A DNA stretch of 64,000 bases. Source: Bacteroidota bacterium. GTDB taxonomy: Bacteria > Bacteroidota > Bacteroidia > UKL13-3. Of this stretch, positions 19,895 through 31,900 are shown one piece after another (the stretch's first letter is position 1; each line of letters starts with the position of its first letter). The notes under the pieces were generated by a model. The model was not told the DNA's origin. It saw only the letters and a list, made by a program, of their open reading frames with translations, and made no database searches. Position numbers and translations under genes: made by a program. The stretch covers positions 742-64,741 of the forward strand of contig CANKQY010000001.1 in NCBI GenBank assembly GCA_947485745.1, given 5' to 3'.

Positions 19895-21295
19895 ATGAAA
19901 AACTATTTACATTTACGTGCAATTTGGATCTTATTGGCCGTTGGGCTCATGGGATGCGGTGTGCGCAAAGTAGATGTAAATAGTAGCAGAAAGCCAGGAT
20001 GGGTTGCTCAAAGGCCAACCAATACCAATTATTATATTGGTATCGGCAATAGTAGTAAACTCAACAATAGCGGCGATTTTCAGCGAGTGGCCAAGAAAAA
20101 TGCTTTAGACGATATGATGGGCGAAATTAAGGTGACCGTTTCTAGTAACTCCATCCTATCGCAATACCAAAACAACCAAAATTTCAGTCAGCAGTTTTTT
20201 TCCGATACCCGCATGATAGCCTCCGAAACCATGGAAGGCTTCCAAGTAATGGATAGCTGGGAAGACAAAACCGATTACTGGATTTACTACAGATTGAGCA
20301 AATCTGAATTTGAAGCTTACAAAAGAAAGAAACTATTTGAGGCTTTAGAAAAATCAATAGACTTGCTGAACCGAGCAGATAAATTATCTTCAGAAACTGA
20401 ATTTGTTCAAAAACTTCAATTGAGAATAAAAGCAGCAATTAGTTTGCAAAATTACTTGAACGAATCTATTGAAACCGATTACAATGGTCGCAGGGTATTC
20501 TTACTCAATGAAATCTTTTCTCAACTACAAAGTCAATTGTATTTGGTTCAAATAAGAGCCAGCGAGCAAGAAATAGCTGTGGTAATGGGTAGGCCTTTGG
20601 ATCATCCAATAATAGCAAGCACGCAACTAAAAATATCGGATACCGTCTTTGGTAGCATCCCCTATTTACCATTACTGATTGAAGGCAGAAATATTCTGCT
20701 CAAAGGCAATGTTTCTGCTGAAACGCAGGCGGATGGCTCTGCGCAATTTGGCATCAGTAGCATTCAATGTTCTGAACCTATACAAGTGCTCAATATCAAA
20801 ACCAATCTTAAAAGATTGATGATGGGAGATAGTGTGAATGTGAGCATGGAAAAACTCTTGCTGAACCTAGATGGACCTATCGCAAATATAAGGGTGGACT
20901 TGGCTCCCATAAAAATTTTCATGCAAAGCAAAGAGCTCAACCTCGATAATAAATTGTATTATACCATACTTGAACCTGCTCTTAAAAAGAAGCTCATGGA
21001 AAAGGGATGCGCGTTTGTAAAAACAGCCGAGCAAGCAGATTACATCATAGAATTGGAGGCCAATACAAAAGACTTAGGTGTTATCTGGGGAAACATGTTG
21101 CGTTCAACCATCGATTTAGATGTTGTTTTGAAAGATGCCAAGACCCAAAGCGAAATCATGCATGATGCCATAGGAGGCATTCAAGGATTCCAAACAACAA
21201 AAGAAAAAGCGGGCATCGAAGCATACAAAACCATGAGCCTCGAAATGATGAAACGCATTTACCCGGCCATTGAAGGGAAAATTTTTCCGATGTAG
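19895..21295 (+). CDS. Lipoprotein with N-terminal LPP20-family domain (467 aa)
   Basis: ATG at 19895. Lipobox LAVGLMGCGV. An N-terminal ~130 aa (WVAQRP…YYIGIG…VAKKNALDDMMGEIKVTVSS…DYWIYYRL) resembles LPP20. The ORF-track TTG at 19871 lies inside the inverted repeat. Confidence 0.6.
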   Translation: MKNYLHLRAIWILLAVGLMGCGVRKVDVNSSRKPGWVAQRPTNTNYYIGIGNSSKLNNSGDFQRVAKKNALDDMMGEIKVTVSSNSILSQYQNNQNFSQQFFSDTRMIASETMEGFQVMDSWEDKTDYWIYYRLSKSEFEAYKRKKLFEALEKSIDLLNRADKLSSETEFVQKLQLRIKAAISLQNYLNESIETDYNGRRVFLLNEIFSQLQSQLYLVQIRASEQEIAVVMGRPLDHPIIASTQLKISDTVFGSIPYLPLLIEGRNILLKGNVSAETQADGSAQFGISSIQCSEPIQVLNIKTNLKRLMMGDSVNVSMEKLLLNLDGPIANIRVDLAPIKIFMQSKELNLDNKLYYTILEPALKKKLMEKGCAFVKTAEQADYIIELEANTKDLGVIWGNMLRSTIDLDVVLKDAKTQSEIMHDAIGGIQGFQTTKEKAGIEAYKTMSLEMMKRIYPAIEGKIFPM

Positions 21296-21496
21296 GGGCG
21301 AAAAATCTTTCGCCCTTTTGCCGACCCGAATATTGTTCTTGAGGGAGAGAGGATGTTTTGCCTCAAATGGTTGAGGGCGAAAGATTTTTCGCCCGTACAT
21401 GTGATTGCCCGGGGAATTTGCGTGAGGGCGAAAGATTTTTCGCCCTTACATGAGATTGCCCAGGGAATTTGCGTAGGGGCGAAAAATATTTCGCCC
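21296..21496. repeat. Array of four 20-bp perfect hairpin palindromes (GGGCGAAAnnnnTTTCGCCC); the last three on a 51-bp tandem period
   Basis: Units at 21296-21315, 21375-21394, 21426-21445 and 21477-21496. The intervening ~30-bp segments are near-identical (gtacatgtgattgcccggggaatttgcgt / ttacatgagattgcccagggaatttgcgt). Unit 1 is followed by TTTTG and sits immediately after the stop of the upstream lipoprotein gene, so it probably doubles as its terminator. Confidence 0.75.
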
Positions 21497-22216
21497 TTAC
21501 AGGGACATTGTTTCTTTGAATTTTACGGCTTGGCGGCGGCTGACTTCGATTTTGCTGCCGTCTTTCATGTAAAACAAAAATCCGGAATTGAAGAATGGCT
21601 CAATCCTATCAAGGTAATTGAGGTTGATGATTTGCTGGCGATTGGCCCTAAAGAAAATTTGGTCGCTCAATCTCTCATCTAAAGAGTTAAGCGTCCGGTG
21701 GATGAGGGGTTGGTATTTATCGAAATATATTTTGGCATAATTTCCGGCAGATTCAATCATTTTTATCTCATCCAATTTAATGTACCAACAACGGTCCCCA
21801 TCTCTGATAAAAACCTTTTCATCTGGCAATAATCTTGCTCTGAGTTTTTCTAATCGCAGCTCATCAATTTGTTTCTTTGCTTTTAAGATGGCTTCACCTA
21901 ACCTGTCCTTTTGAATGGGTTTGAGTAAATAATCTAATGCATTTACCTCAAAAGCTTTGATGGCAAATTCATCGTAAGCAGTGGTAAAAATAACAGCTGG
22001 TGTTTCAATTAAATCTTCCAATAAATCGAACCCCGTTTTTTCTGGCATTTGTATATCGAGGAAAATCAACTGAGGCTTCAATTTATCAATCATATCTAAG
22101 GCTTCATCAACATTGGAAGCCTCACCAACAATTTGTATGTCTGTATATTCTTTTAACAGATTTTTTAATCCTTCGCGAGCCAAACGCTCATCATCAACTA
22201 GAATGGTTTGTATCAT
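21497..22216 (-). CDS. LytTR-family two-component response regulator
   Basis: A receiver domain (ILVDDE…FLDIQMP) is followed by a LytTR DNA-binding domain. It overlaps the upstream kinase gene by 4 bp. Confidence 0.9.
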   Translation of the reverse strand: MIQTILVDDERLAREGLKNLLKEYTDIQIVGEASNVDEALDMIDKLKPQLIFLDIQMPEKTGFDLLEDLIETPAVIFTTAYDEFAIKAFEVNALDYLLKPIQKDRLGEAILKAKKQIDELRLEKLRARLLPDEKVFIRDGDRCWYIKLDEIKMIESAGNYAKIYFDKYQPLIHRTLNSLDERLSDQIFFRANRQQIINLNYLDRIEPFFNSGFLFYMKDGSKIEVSRRQAVKFKETMSL

Positions 22217-23241
22217 AATGGCAATATTATTTTGGTAACTACTTCTGTGTCGTTTAAATTTTCAATAGTAAAACTTGCGCGGTCTTCAAACAAAATTGCT
22301 AAGCGTTGGCGGGTATTCTCTAAGCCAAATCCTAGCTCATGCTCATTTGGTTCAAACCGACCAGTATTGATAATTTGAACCAACAATTGGGTATCATTTT
22401 GAGAGGCTTTTAGCTGAACCAAACCACCATCCCTCGACTTAAAAATACCATGTTTAACGGCATTTTCAACCAAGGTTTGCAACATCATTGGTGGCACTTT
22501 TGCTTTTAAAACTGCTTGATCGATATCCATTTTTATAGCTAGCCTGTCATCGAAACGAATCTTTTCTATTGCCAAATAATCATTCACAGTTTCTAGTTCT
22601 TGTTCCATAGAAACAACCTTTTCTTTACTCATTTGAAGGGAGTTTCTAAGCAAGCTACTCAATCTATTGATGGCTTCTTTGGAAAGCTCGGGCTCTACAT
22701 CTACAAGGGTTCTGATGCTATTTAAGGAGTTAAAAAGAAAATGCGGATTGAGCTGCGTTTTGAGATTTTGGTATTGATTTTCTTTGATGATTGCCTGCAA
22801 TTGGTACTTGGCTTTTTCGGCCTCCAATGATCTTTCCCAGTATTGAAACAAATGATAAACCAGGGCCCAAAGTAAAATGTATTTGCTCCAATTGAACAGG
22901 TAATTTAAAATGAGAATGGTATCAATAGGCAATTGGTTCATCAATGGAATGGTGATTCTATCGAGGTAAATATTGAGCATGGTGAGCAAAAAAGAAACAA
23001 AGCCAATGCTCAATACCGCAATAGGAAGCAATCTTTTAATTGGCAGATTGATCCAACTCGTTTTGATGATAAAAATACGGTAGAGGTGCGTGAGGGCAAT
23101 ACCTGCAACAAAATTGATGGCTACGTTTAGGATCAGCAATTCATTGAAGCCATATATATTTCCATAGCCAATGAATTCAAGTAAAACAAATAGAAACCAA
23201 CCACCTATCTGACAAAGCCAATACAGCGTATTCTTTTTCAT
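22213..23241 (-). CDS. Sensor histidine kinase (LytS/YehU-like, His_kinase-type)
   Basis: N-terminal TM helices, an H-box region (…NPHFLFNSLNSI…) and an ATPase domain (…GFGLENTRQRL…). Confidence 0.85.
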   Translation of the reverse strand: MKKNTLYWLCQIGGWFLFVLLEFIGYGNIYGFNELLILNVAINFVAGIALTHLYRIFIIKTSWINLPIKRLLPIAVLSIGFVSFLLTMLNIYLDRITIPLMNQLPIDTILILNYLFNWSKYILLWALVYHLFQYWERSLEAEKAKYQLQAIIKENQYQNLKTQLNPHFLFNSLNSIRTLVDVEPELSKEAINRLSSLLRNSLQMSKEKVVSMEQELETVNDYLAIEKIRFDDRLAIKMDIDQAVLKAKVPPMMLQTLVENAVKHGIFKSRDGGLVQLKASQNDTQLLVQIINTGRFEPNEHELGFGLENTRQRLAILFEDRASFTIENLNDTEVVTKIILPL

Positions 23242-23350
23242 TAGGGTAAAGATAAAAGAAAAATTGCAGGAAAATAAAAGGCGCTTACATAAAAGGTTCA
23301 GCCAATTGTTAAAAGCGAAAAAAGGAATATAAGAATTTGAAAAAAGGTAA

Positions 23351-23383
23351 AAAATAAAAAGGCCGAACCATGCGGTTCGGCCT
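23351..23383 (-). terminator. Rho-independent terminator downstream of atpC
   Basis: GGCCGAACCatgcGGTTCGGCC is a perfect 9-bp stem, followed on the minus strand by a T-run (A-run 23351-23360 on the plus strand). Confidence 0.6.
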
Positions 23384-23405
23384 TTCCGATGAAATGTTAT
23401 AGCAA

Positions 23406-23636
23406 TTAGGCTAGTACTACAATTTTATTGTTAAGCACTTCTACCACACCACCGCTTACTTCAAACTCTTGTTTGCCTTCTTTATTTTTAACCACAATCT
23501 TTCCTTTTTCAAGGCTAGATATTAGGGCCGCATGGCCTTTCAATATTTGAAAGCTACCCTTACTTCCAGGAAGCGTTACAGCATCAATTTGGCCACTGAA
23601 TATGGTTTTATCGGCAGTAATGATATCTAATTGCAT
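23406..23636 (-). CDS. atpC: F0F1 ATP synthase epsilon subunit
   Basis: A 76-aa product MQLDIITADKTIFSGQIDAVTLPG…ILKGHAALIS… lying directly after atpD. Confidence 0.9.
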   Translation of the reverse strand: MQLDIITADKTIFSGQIDAVTLPGSKGSFQILKGHAALISSLEKGKIVVKNKEGKQEFEVSGGVVEVLNNKIVVLA

Positions 23637-23653
23637 GTGAGTTTTTCTATTAA

Positions 23654-25207
<1,554 letters not shown>

Positions 25208-25273
25208 TTACACCTAAAATCAAACCTTAAGCGCAAAAAAGTTAAAGAAATGTTAATGTGAAATATTATCAAC

Positions 25274-25798
25274 CTACATAAACAATGCCTTCAACTCTGT
25301 GGCGTCATCTGGCTTCATTTTGCCTGCTAGGATGAGGCGGAGTTGGCGGCGGCGGAGGGCTCCGTCGTATCTTTTGGTTTCTTCTTCGGTTTCTGGATTT
25401 AAGGCTGGCACTTGAACCGGACCTCCGTTGCGATCTAGGGCCACAAAAGTATAATAGGCTTCATGGCTCAAGAAACTTTCGCCAGTTGGAATGTTCTCTG
25501 CCCAAACTTTTATGTAAACCTCCATTGAGGTATTGAAAGCTCGAGAAACTTCTGCTTGTAGCGTTACTACATCGCCTAATTTGATTGATTTAGCAAAGCT
25601 TACACTGTCAACCGAAGCCGTAACAACCGTTTTGCCAGAATGCTTTTGGGCTGCAATGGCTGCTGCAATGTCCATCCAATGTAATAGCTTTCCGCCCATT
25701 AAATTATGTAAGGTATTGGTATCATTGGGCAATACCATTTCATTCATAATGGTTCTTGAATGAGTGGGATTTTTTATGGTTAATGGATTATTGTTCAT
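25274..25798 (-). CDS. Acyl-CoA thioesterase (hotdog fold, YciA-like); an internal ATG about 17 codons in may be the true start
   Basis: MVLPNDTNTLHNLMGGKLLHWMDIAAAIAAQKH…TASVDSVSF is typical of YciA-type thioesterases. Confidence 0.7.
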   Translation of the reverse strand: MNNNPLTIKNPTHSRTIMNEMVLPNDTNTLHNLMGGKLLHWMDIAAAIAAQKHSGKTVVTASVDSVSFAKSIKLGDVVTLQAEVSRAFNTSMEVYIKVWAENIPTGESFLSHEAYYTFVALDRNGGPVQVPALNPETEEETKRYDGALRRRQLRLILAGKMKPDDATELKALFM

Positions 25799-25862
25799 AT
25801 TTTAAATTTAGTTTTCAAAAGTAAACAAGTAATCAAGCATTTGGTTCAAGAAATGTTTGAAC

Positions 25863-25900
25863 CAAAAAAAAGGCCTAATCCAAGTGAATGGATCAGGCCT
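25863..25900 (-). terminator. Rho-independent terminator of the 2450-aa gene
   Basis: The minus strand reads AGGCCTGATCCATTCACTTGGATTAGGCCT followed by TTTTTTTT. Confidence 0.65.
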
Positions 25901-25924
25901 CTTTTGGTTCAAACCGAAATGGTT

Positions 25925-28900
25925 TTATTTACTTTCTACGATACGTTTTACAACTGTTTCGCCATCAACGGTAATTCTTACTAAATACATTCCTGCGGCA
26001 AATCCATGTTCTTTTGCGCCAAAAGTATAAGCGTGATTTCCTGCCGATAATTGTTTTTCTTCTAAAACTTCAACCAATACTCCTAAAGTACTTACTACTT
26101 CAATGCGTACAAATGAATTGCTATTTAATCCCAATTGAATATTTGTAAAATCAGTGTATGGGTTTGGAGCAATGCTCACTTGATTGATGGCTTGGTATAA
26201 GTTTAAGCCAGTAGGTATAAAGCTCAATGAATCTGACAATACAGATGCACAACCTGCTGCATTGGTTACTTTTACATTATAACTACCTTTTGTGGTTGCT
26301 GTATAATTTCTGGCTGTTGCACCATTGATGATACCTCCATTTAAATACCATTGGTAGTTGCTTTCAAGACTAGAGGTTAATACATCGCCACTTCTTGATA
26401 TACTTGGCTTGGCAGGTATTGGATTTACAATTACCCCAACCGCTGATGAATTAGCAGAGCAAGCAAAAGTATCTGTTACCATAACCGTGAAGTTACCGGT
26501 TTCTTTAGCAGTATATTTTGAAGCATTTGCTCCGTTAATTGCTACACCAGACTTACTCCATTGGTAGCTAAATGTGCTAGAGTTGCTAGCGTTTAATACC
26601 ACGCTATCACCATCACAAAAACTGTTTGAACCAACGTATGTTACAGCAACTATTGGACTTGTACAAACACCTGTTCCTTGAATAGCAAATGAGTACGTTG
26701 GCTCATCAAAATCGTTGCTAGTTAATACTAAGGTAGCGTTTCTATTACCCGAAGCTTTAGGAGTGAATCTAACAATGACACTTAAAGTACTATTTCCATT
26801 CACATTAGCTGGCATAGTGCTTGGAGATACGATACTAAACTCACTTGCATTTACACCTGTAATTTCAATGTTTTTAATTGTTAAATTTCCATTAGCTATA
26901 TTCTCAACTATAAACGTTTTAGTTTCGCTGCTTCCAGTTGCTGCAATACCAAATTGGGTGTTAACATTTGGAGTAGTTAATCCGTTTGGAATATTTACAC
27001 TGTTGGATTTTACATTGATTTCTGGATTGGCATTATAAGTATCAGGATTGTACAATGATAAAATTTGTCCGCCTTCTACTTGCTCGCCACCTACTCCGTA
27101 ATGTGCTTGATCAACCATTAAAAACATACCTGCTCCTAAGATTGATTGCATGTCTATGATACCCGATGCTTCTTCATCTTGCGTTAAAAAGTTGGGAGCA
27201 CCTGCTACAAATCTTGTTGAATCATGAACTGCAATAACTTTCACAGCATCTGTTGCTATGTTATACTGCCAAATTCTTGATAAGTAACTTTGGTTACCTG
27301 GATCTTCTTGCAACAAGATGTTTCCATAATTATCTATGGTCATGTTGTCCATCATCTTTGGACCTTCAGTTCCATCTAATACTGCGGTGATAGTTCCGCC
27401 TAATTCTGGAGTTTTGATGTCAGACATGCGCAATCTCCATAAACGACTTGGCGCTGTGAATGAATTGGTAGTTACAAAATAGAAATCGTTTGGATTACTT
27501 GGATCCCAATGACCATCTTCTGGACGTAAGAAATTAGTTACACCTAAGGCATTACTCTTTGCATTTAATGCTGCACCTGATGAGTCTCTTACGATACCCA
27601 AATCTACCATGGTAAAGGCTGTATTGGCAGCAGGAATTGAAGCACTAATTTCTGCTGTTAAACCTGCAACTGCTACACCATATAAACGACCATTGCTTAA
27701 ACCAGCTTTCTCAATTTCTGTTCCTGTATTGGTTTTGTTTCCTATGTAGAAATAAACCTGACCTGGAGTGGCATCATCTGTACCCACAACAATTGTTTTG
27801 TTTTGAGCAACTGGTGAGGCAATTGAATTCTCCCATGAGAATTTTCCTAAGTAAGGCAATTCATAAGTAGTTCCAGCATTTACTCCTGATACTATATTTG
27901 CAAAAGCCCTACCTTCAGCTCCAGCTTCTTCACCATTCATGAAAATTCTTTCTTGTGTTCCTAATCCAGTTGTTGCATTATAAAATGCGCTTACAGCGGG
28001 CAAATCAGATGAACAAAAACGATTGAATGCTTTCTTGCTTGAAGTATCAGCAGGATTGTATAAGGTGTAACCTGTGCCATTCCATAAATTAACTTTTTGG
28101 ATCAAATCTGAACCACTTACTACGCTTAAATTTGATTTGTTGATTACCCATTTAGAAACAAATGCACCCTTAGCACCGTGTGCTCTGTTTACACCTAAAG
28201 TATTACCAAACTCATGACTTACTAAAAAGGTAAAAGTACCGTTACCATTGTCGTAAGCACCTGTACCATCCGGCGTTCCAGCCATCATGTAATTTCCTAC
28301 TTTATCGCCAGCAGTTAATATGGCAGTAGTTCTTACTCCTGGAGCAACTGGCAGTAAATACGGTGATTGTGAACTGCTTGGTCCAGAATTTGGTATAATT
28401 AAACCTTCTTGTCTAGTGTTCAAGAGTTGAATTCTAAAATCACCTTTTAAATTAGTATCTCTAACATTGAATGGATTTGAAGTAAATTTAGTAGCCATGT
28501 ATTCTGCAAAGGCATCTTGCTCTTTACCAATAGTAGTAAATGTTGCTACGCCTGGTACTTTTATGGCAGTATCCAAATTTACCCTAAAATTTGTATTAGC
28601 AGGGAAAGGATAATTATCTCCACCATTTGCTAAGAAATCTAACGTAACAATTTTGTAAGTGCGAGTAGTATCTCCAAACAATTTACCTTCTTTGGCAATG
28701 GTATCTATTTTATTACCTAAAGAATCAATAATAACCAAAGATTGAATTCTGTTTCCAACTACTTTAGTAGTATCATAACTAAAAGCAACACCACCCACTT
28801 GAGGAAACTGACCAGGTGTAGCACCAGGAATGGTTGCAGAAATGCCATGCTCTAATAGTCTTTTTAACCCAGCAGCATTGGTTCTAACAATTGACAAACC

Positions 28901-31900
28901 GTTGTTGAAACGCAAAGAATTTTCAATGTCTAATTGAGAGATATCGCCACTTGCTTTTCCTGCAGAAGGATTTGCCAATGTTTTTTCTAATATAGTTGTT
29001 GAACCAACAGCGTTTACATTACCAATAGCTGATCTAATGCCACCACCATTTTTGATAGAAACCTTTACTTGGTTATCATATTGGCGGGCATACCATAAAT
29101 TGGCATCTGCAGATAAATCACCAAAATTAGTTTCCTCTGTTCTTACAAAGTTTCTTCTACCTTCTAAAAATACATTTGTTTTACCAAATTTATTTCCATC
29201 TTTTGAATTAATAACCGAGGCAATAGCAGTAGTTAAAGTTCTAACTGCACCACCTTTAGTTCCAGCTGCAAAAGCAGCATTATAGTTACCCCATAAACTT
29301 GTTACCATTGCAGTATCGGCTGCGTAGGCACCGTTGATAGTAGAATCTAACATGTTAGGCAATAACCTACCCAATGCATCGAAATCACACACAAACCTAC
29401 CAACATATTTCCACTCACTGGTAGTGTTCAAAATAGCCAATGGCTCATTGTCGTTATTAAGCGTAAGAATTGGGTATCTATCTGCTACTGGGGTTCCTGG
29501 TCTGATCCTATCATTTCCATCTGCACAAAGACTGTGCGATCCACCTGCAATAATAATATCAACGCCTTTTAATAATGGAGCCAAAGCTTTTTCGTTTGCC
29601 AATTGTTGCAAATGACTCATTAAAATTATCTTGTTAATGCCCATTGCTCTTAAAGAATCAATTACTGGTTGTAATACTGCTGCCAAGGCAGGCATATTAT
29701 CTGAACTACCACCTAAAACTGTAGTAGCACCAGGAGATGAAATAGAGGCTAATAATTGAGTTGTAGCTCCAACAATACCCACTCTATCGCCATTTAATTG
29801 AATAATAGCAGAGGGTGCAATACCTTTTTTCTGTGAGTTAGCGGTAATGGTTGGTGATGTTTTAAAACTATCTACTAACAAACGTTGGTTCGTTGTTAAA
29901 TAGCTCAAGTTAATATCATTTGCAAAATTTAAGTTGGCACTTAAGTATGGGAACTGAGCACCAATCCATCTTTTATCTGCACCATTGCTTCTAATATCAA
30001 CACCAATAATGCTATTCACCTCCGGTGTTCCTAAATCAAATTCGTGGTTACCAAAAGCAGAACCTTGAAAGCCCATAATGTTCATCATGGCAACATCTGT
30101 TCTACCAATAGCAGCTCTTATGGCTTGTGTTCCACCATAATAAAAAGAAGCAGTATTTCTTAATGGCGTTTGCATACTTGGGTCTTCACCAGCAGCAAGG
30201 AAAGGACTAGGAATAAAACAATCTCCTGAAGCCAATTTAACAGTATTTAAATAGCTACCTTCTAAGGTATCCATAACAGCAGCAAAATTTGGTGCATCAA
30301 TTGGTGCATCAATGCCACTTTCCATATCTGAAGCATGTAAAATTTGCAAAGTGAAGGTTGGAGCAGCGAGTCTATAATTAGCTAACTTTTTTGCACCCGA
30401 CAATCTATAAGTAATTAAATGGCTTAAGTTACCTGTAGCAGTTGCAATTCCATTTGCCAACGGAGAAGTTTGTCCAAAATCATTATCATTATTAATTGCA
30501 ATGGTACTATCGTTAATAATAGCCAATCCTTCAGCTTTATCTAGAGCTGCTGGCCAACCACTTGCTAATAAATCCATCACCAATGTTTTGGTTACAGGTT
30601 TAATCCCATAATTAGCCAAACCAGTTGAATCAACTAATCCTTCTAAAGTCAAACTTCCATATAAACCTGAAGTTACAGCAGTAGCTTGTTTAATATTGAT
30701 TTGGTACAAACGCTTAATATCAGTGGTCCCACGTGCGGCGGCTTCTAATACTAAAAAAATACTATCGTTAACTGCAGCCATATCACCAATTTTCCAATCT
30801 CTTAACCTAATTTGATTACCACCAGTTCCAATTATACCATCGTTTAAATAAACCAACATGCGCTGATTATTAGTAGTTGGGTCAATTTCCAATATGCGGT
30901 GAATTCTAGTATTATCGCCAATTGTAACGTTAGGATATTGAATACCACTTTGAATCATTGCATAAATTTTTCCATTTGGTGCAATTGAAATTCCTTCAAA
31001 TCCACGGTTATTTTTACGGTATTTAAAAACTGAATCTATTTGTATATCTACAGCTTGTTTTCCATCTAAATTCGCATACGGTGTATATCTATTTAATAAC
31101 ACACCATTTTGATTTAGTTTCCAAATAGTTGCACCACCTTCTTCACATAACCAAAAATGACCATTTTTGTCAACTACTAAACCTTCTGGATCTATTCCAA
31201 AAGTATCTTTTGGAGTAGTTTTTAAACTAAAATTTGCACAATTTAAAACAGTATCAGTTGATGCAACTTCTGCCGCAGTACTACCTAAACCTGTAGGATT
31301 TATTATCCCTGTAGCACCTGCTCCATTCGGACGTTTGATAGTAATACTTTGTAAAATTTGAATCGAATCTCCAGCAATACGTATGCGGTGAATTTTAGGA
31401 CTGTAAGTTGGGAATGCATATAATTTATCGTAAGTAGGGCGGCAACTTGCAGTGTTAGCATTTGCACAATCAATGTTTACTCCTCTGTCTGAACAAGTCC
31501 AGAACTCAGTTCCATTGGTATTTGGAATTGGGAATAAAGAAGAAAAACCAGCTTCTTTGTAATTGATGCCTTGAAAAGTTCCAATAGCAGGTGAATTGTT
31601 ATTAATATAATCTTCTAATTTTGAAATGCCTTCAGTTTCGGGCGTGGTTATGCTGAACAATGCTACTGTTCCGCTCACCTCATTTGATAACATAATCATG
31701 TTTACTCCATTTGGACTCTCTGATGCTGGAATAAATACAATTCCTTCAGGACCTAAATCGCCAACTGCAGCTAAGTTAGTTTGGTTAGGGGTAACACCAA
31801 AATTTCTTGTATTGATATACTGCACAAAGTAAGGATTTGCAGGATTTGTGATGTTATAAATCATGATACCACCAACACGCTCTAAACCTACAAATGCATA

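Noticed and set aside
21296-21496. Possible mini-CRISPR array (20-bp repeats, ~31-bp spacers)
   Set aside because: The spacers are near-identical to one another, so this is a 51-bp tandem repeat. The repeats are perfect palindromes typical of terminators or REP elements, and no cas genes are nearby.
21353-21682. 109-aa plus-strand ORF
   Set aside because: It is a translation of the hairpin repeat array (…RAKDFSPVHVIARGICVRAKDFSPLHEIAQGICV…), it overlaps the 3' end of the response regulator gene on the opposite strand, and it shows no coding signal.
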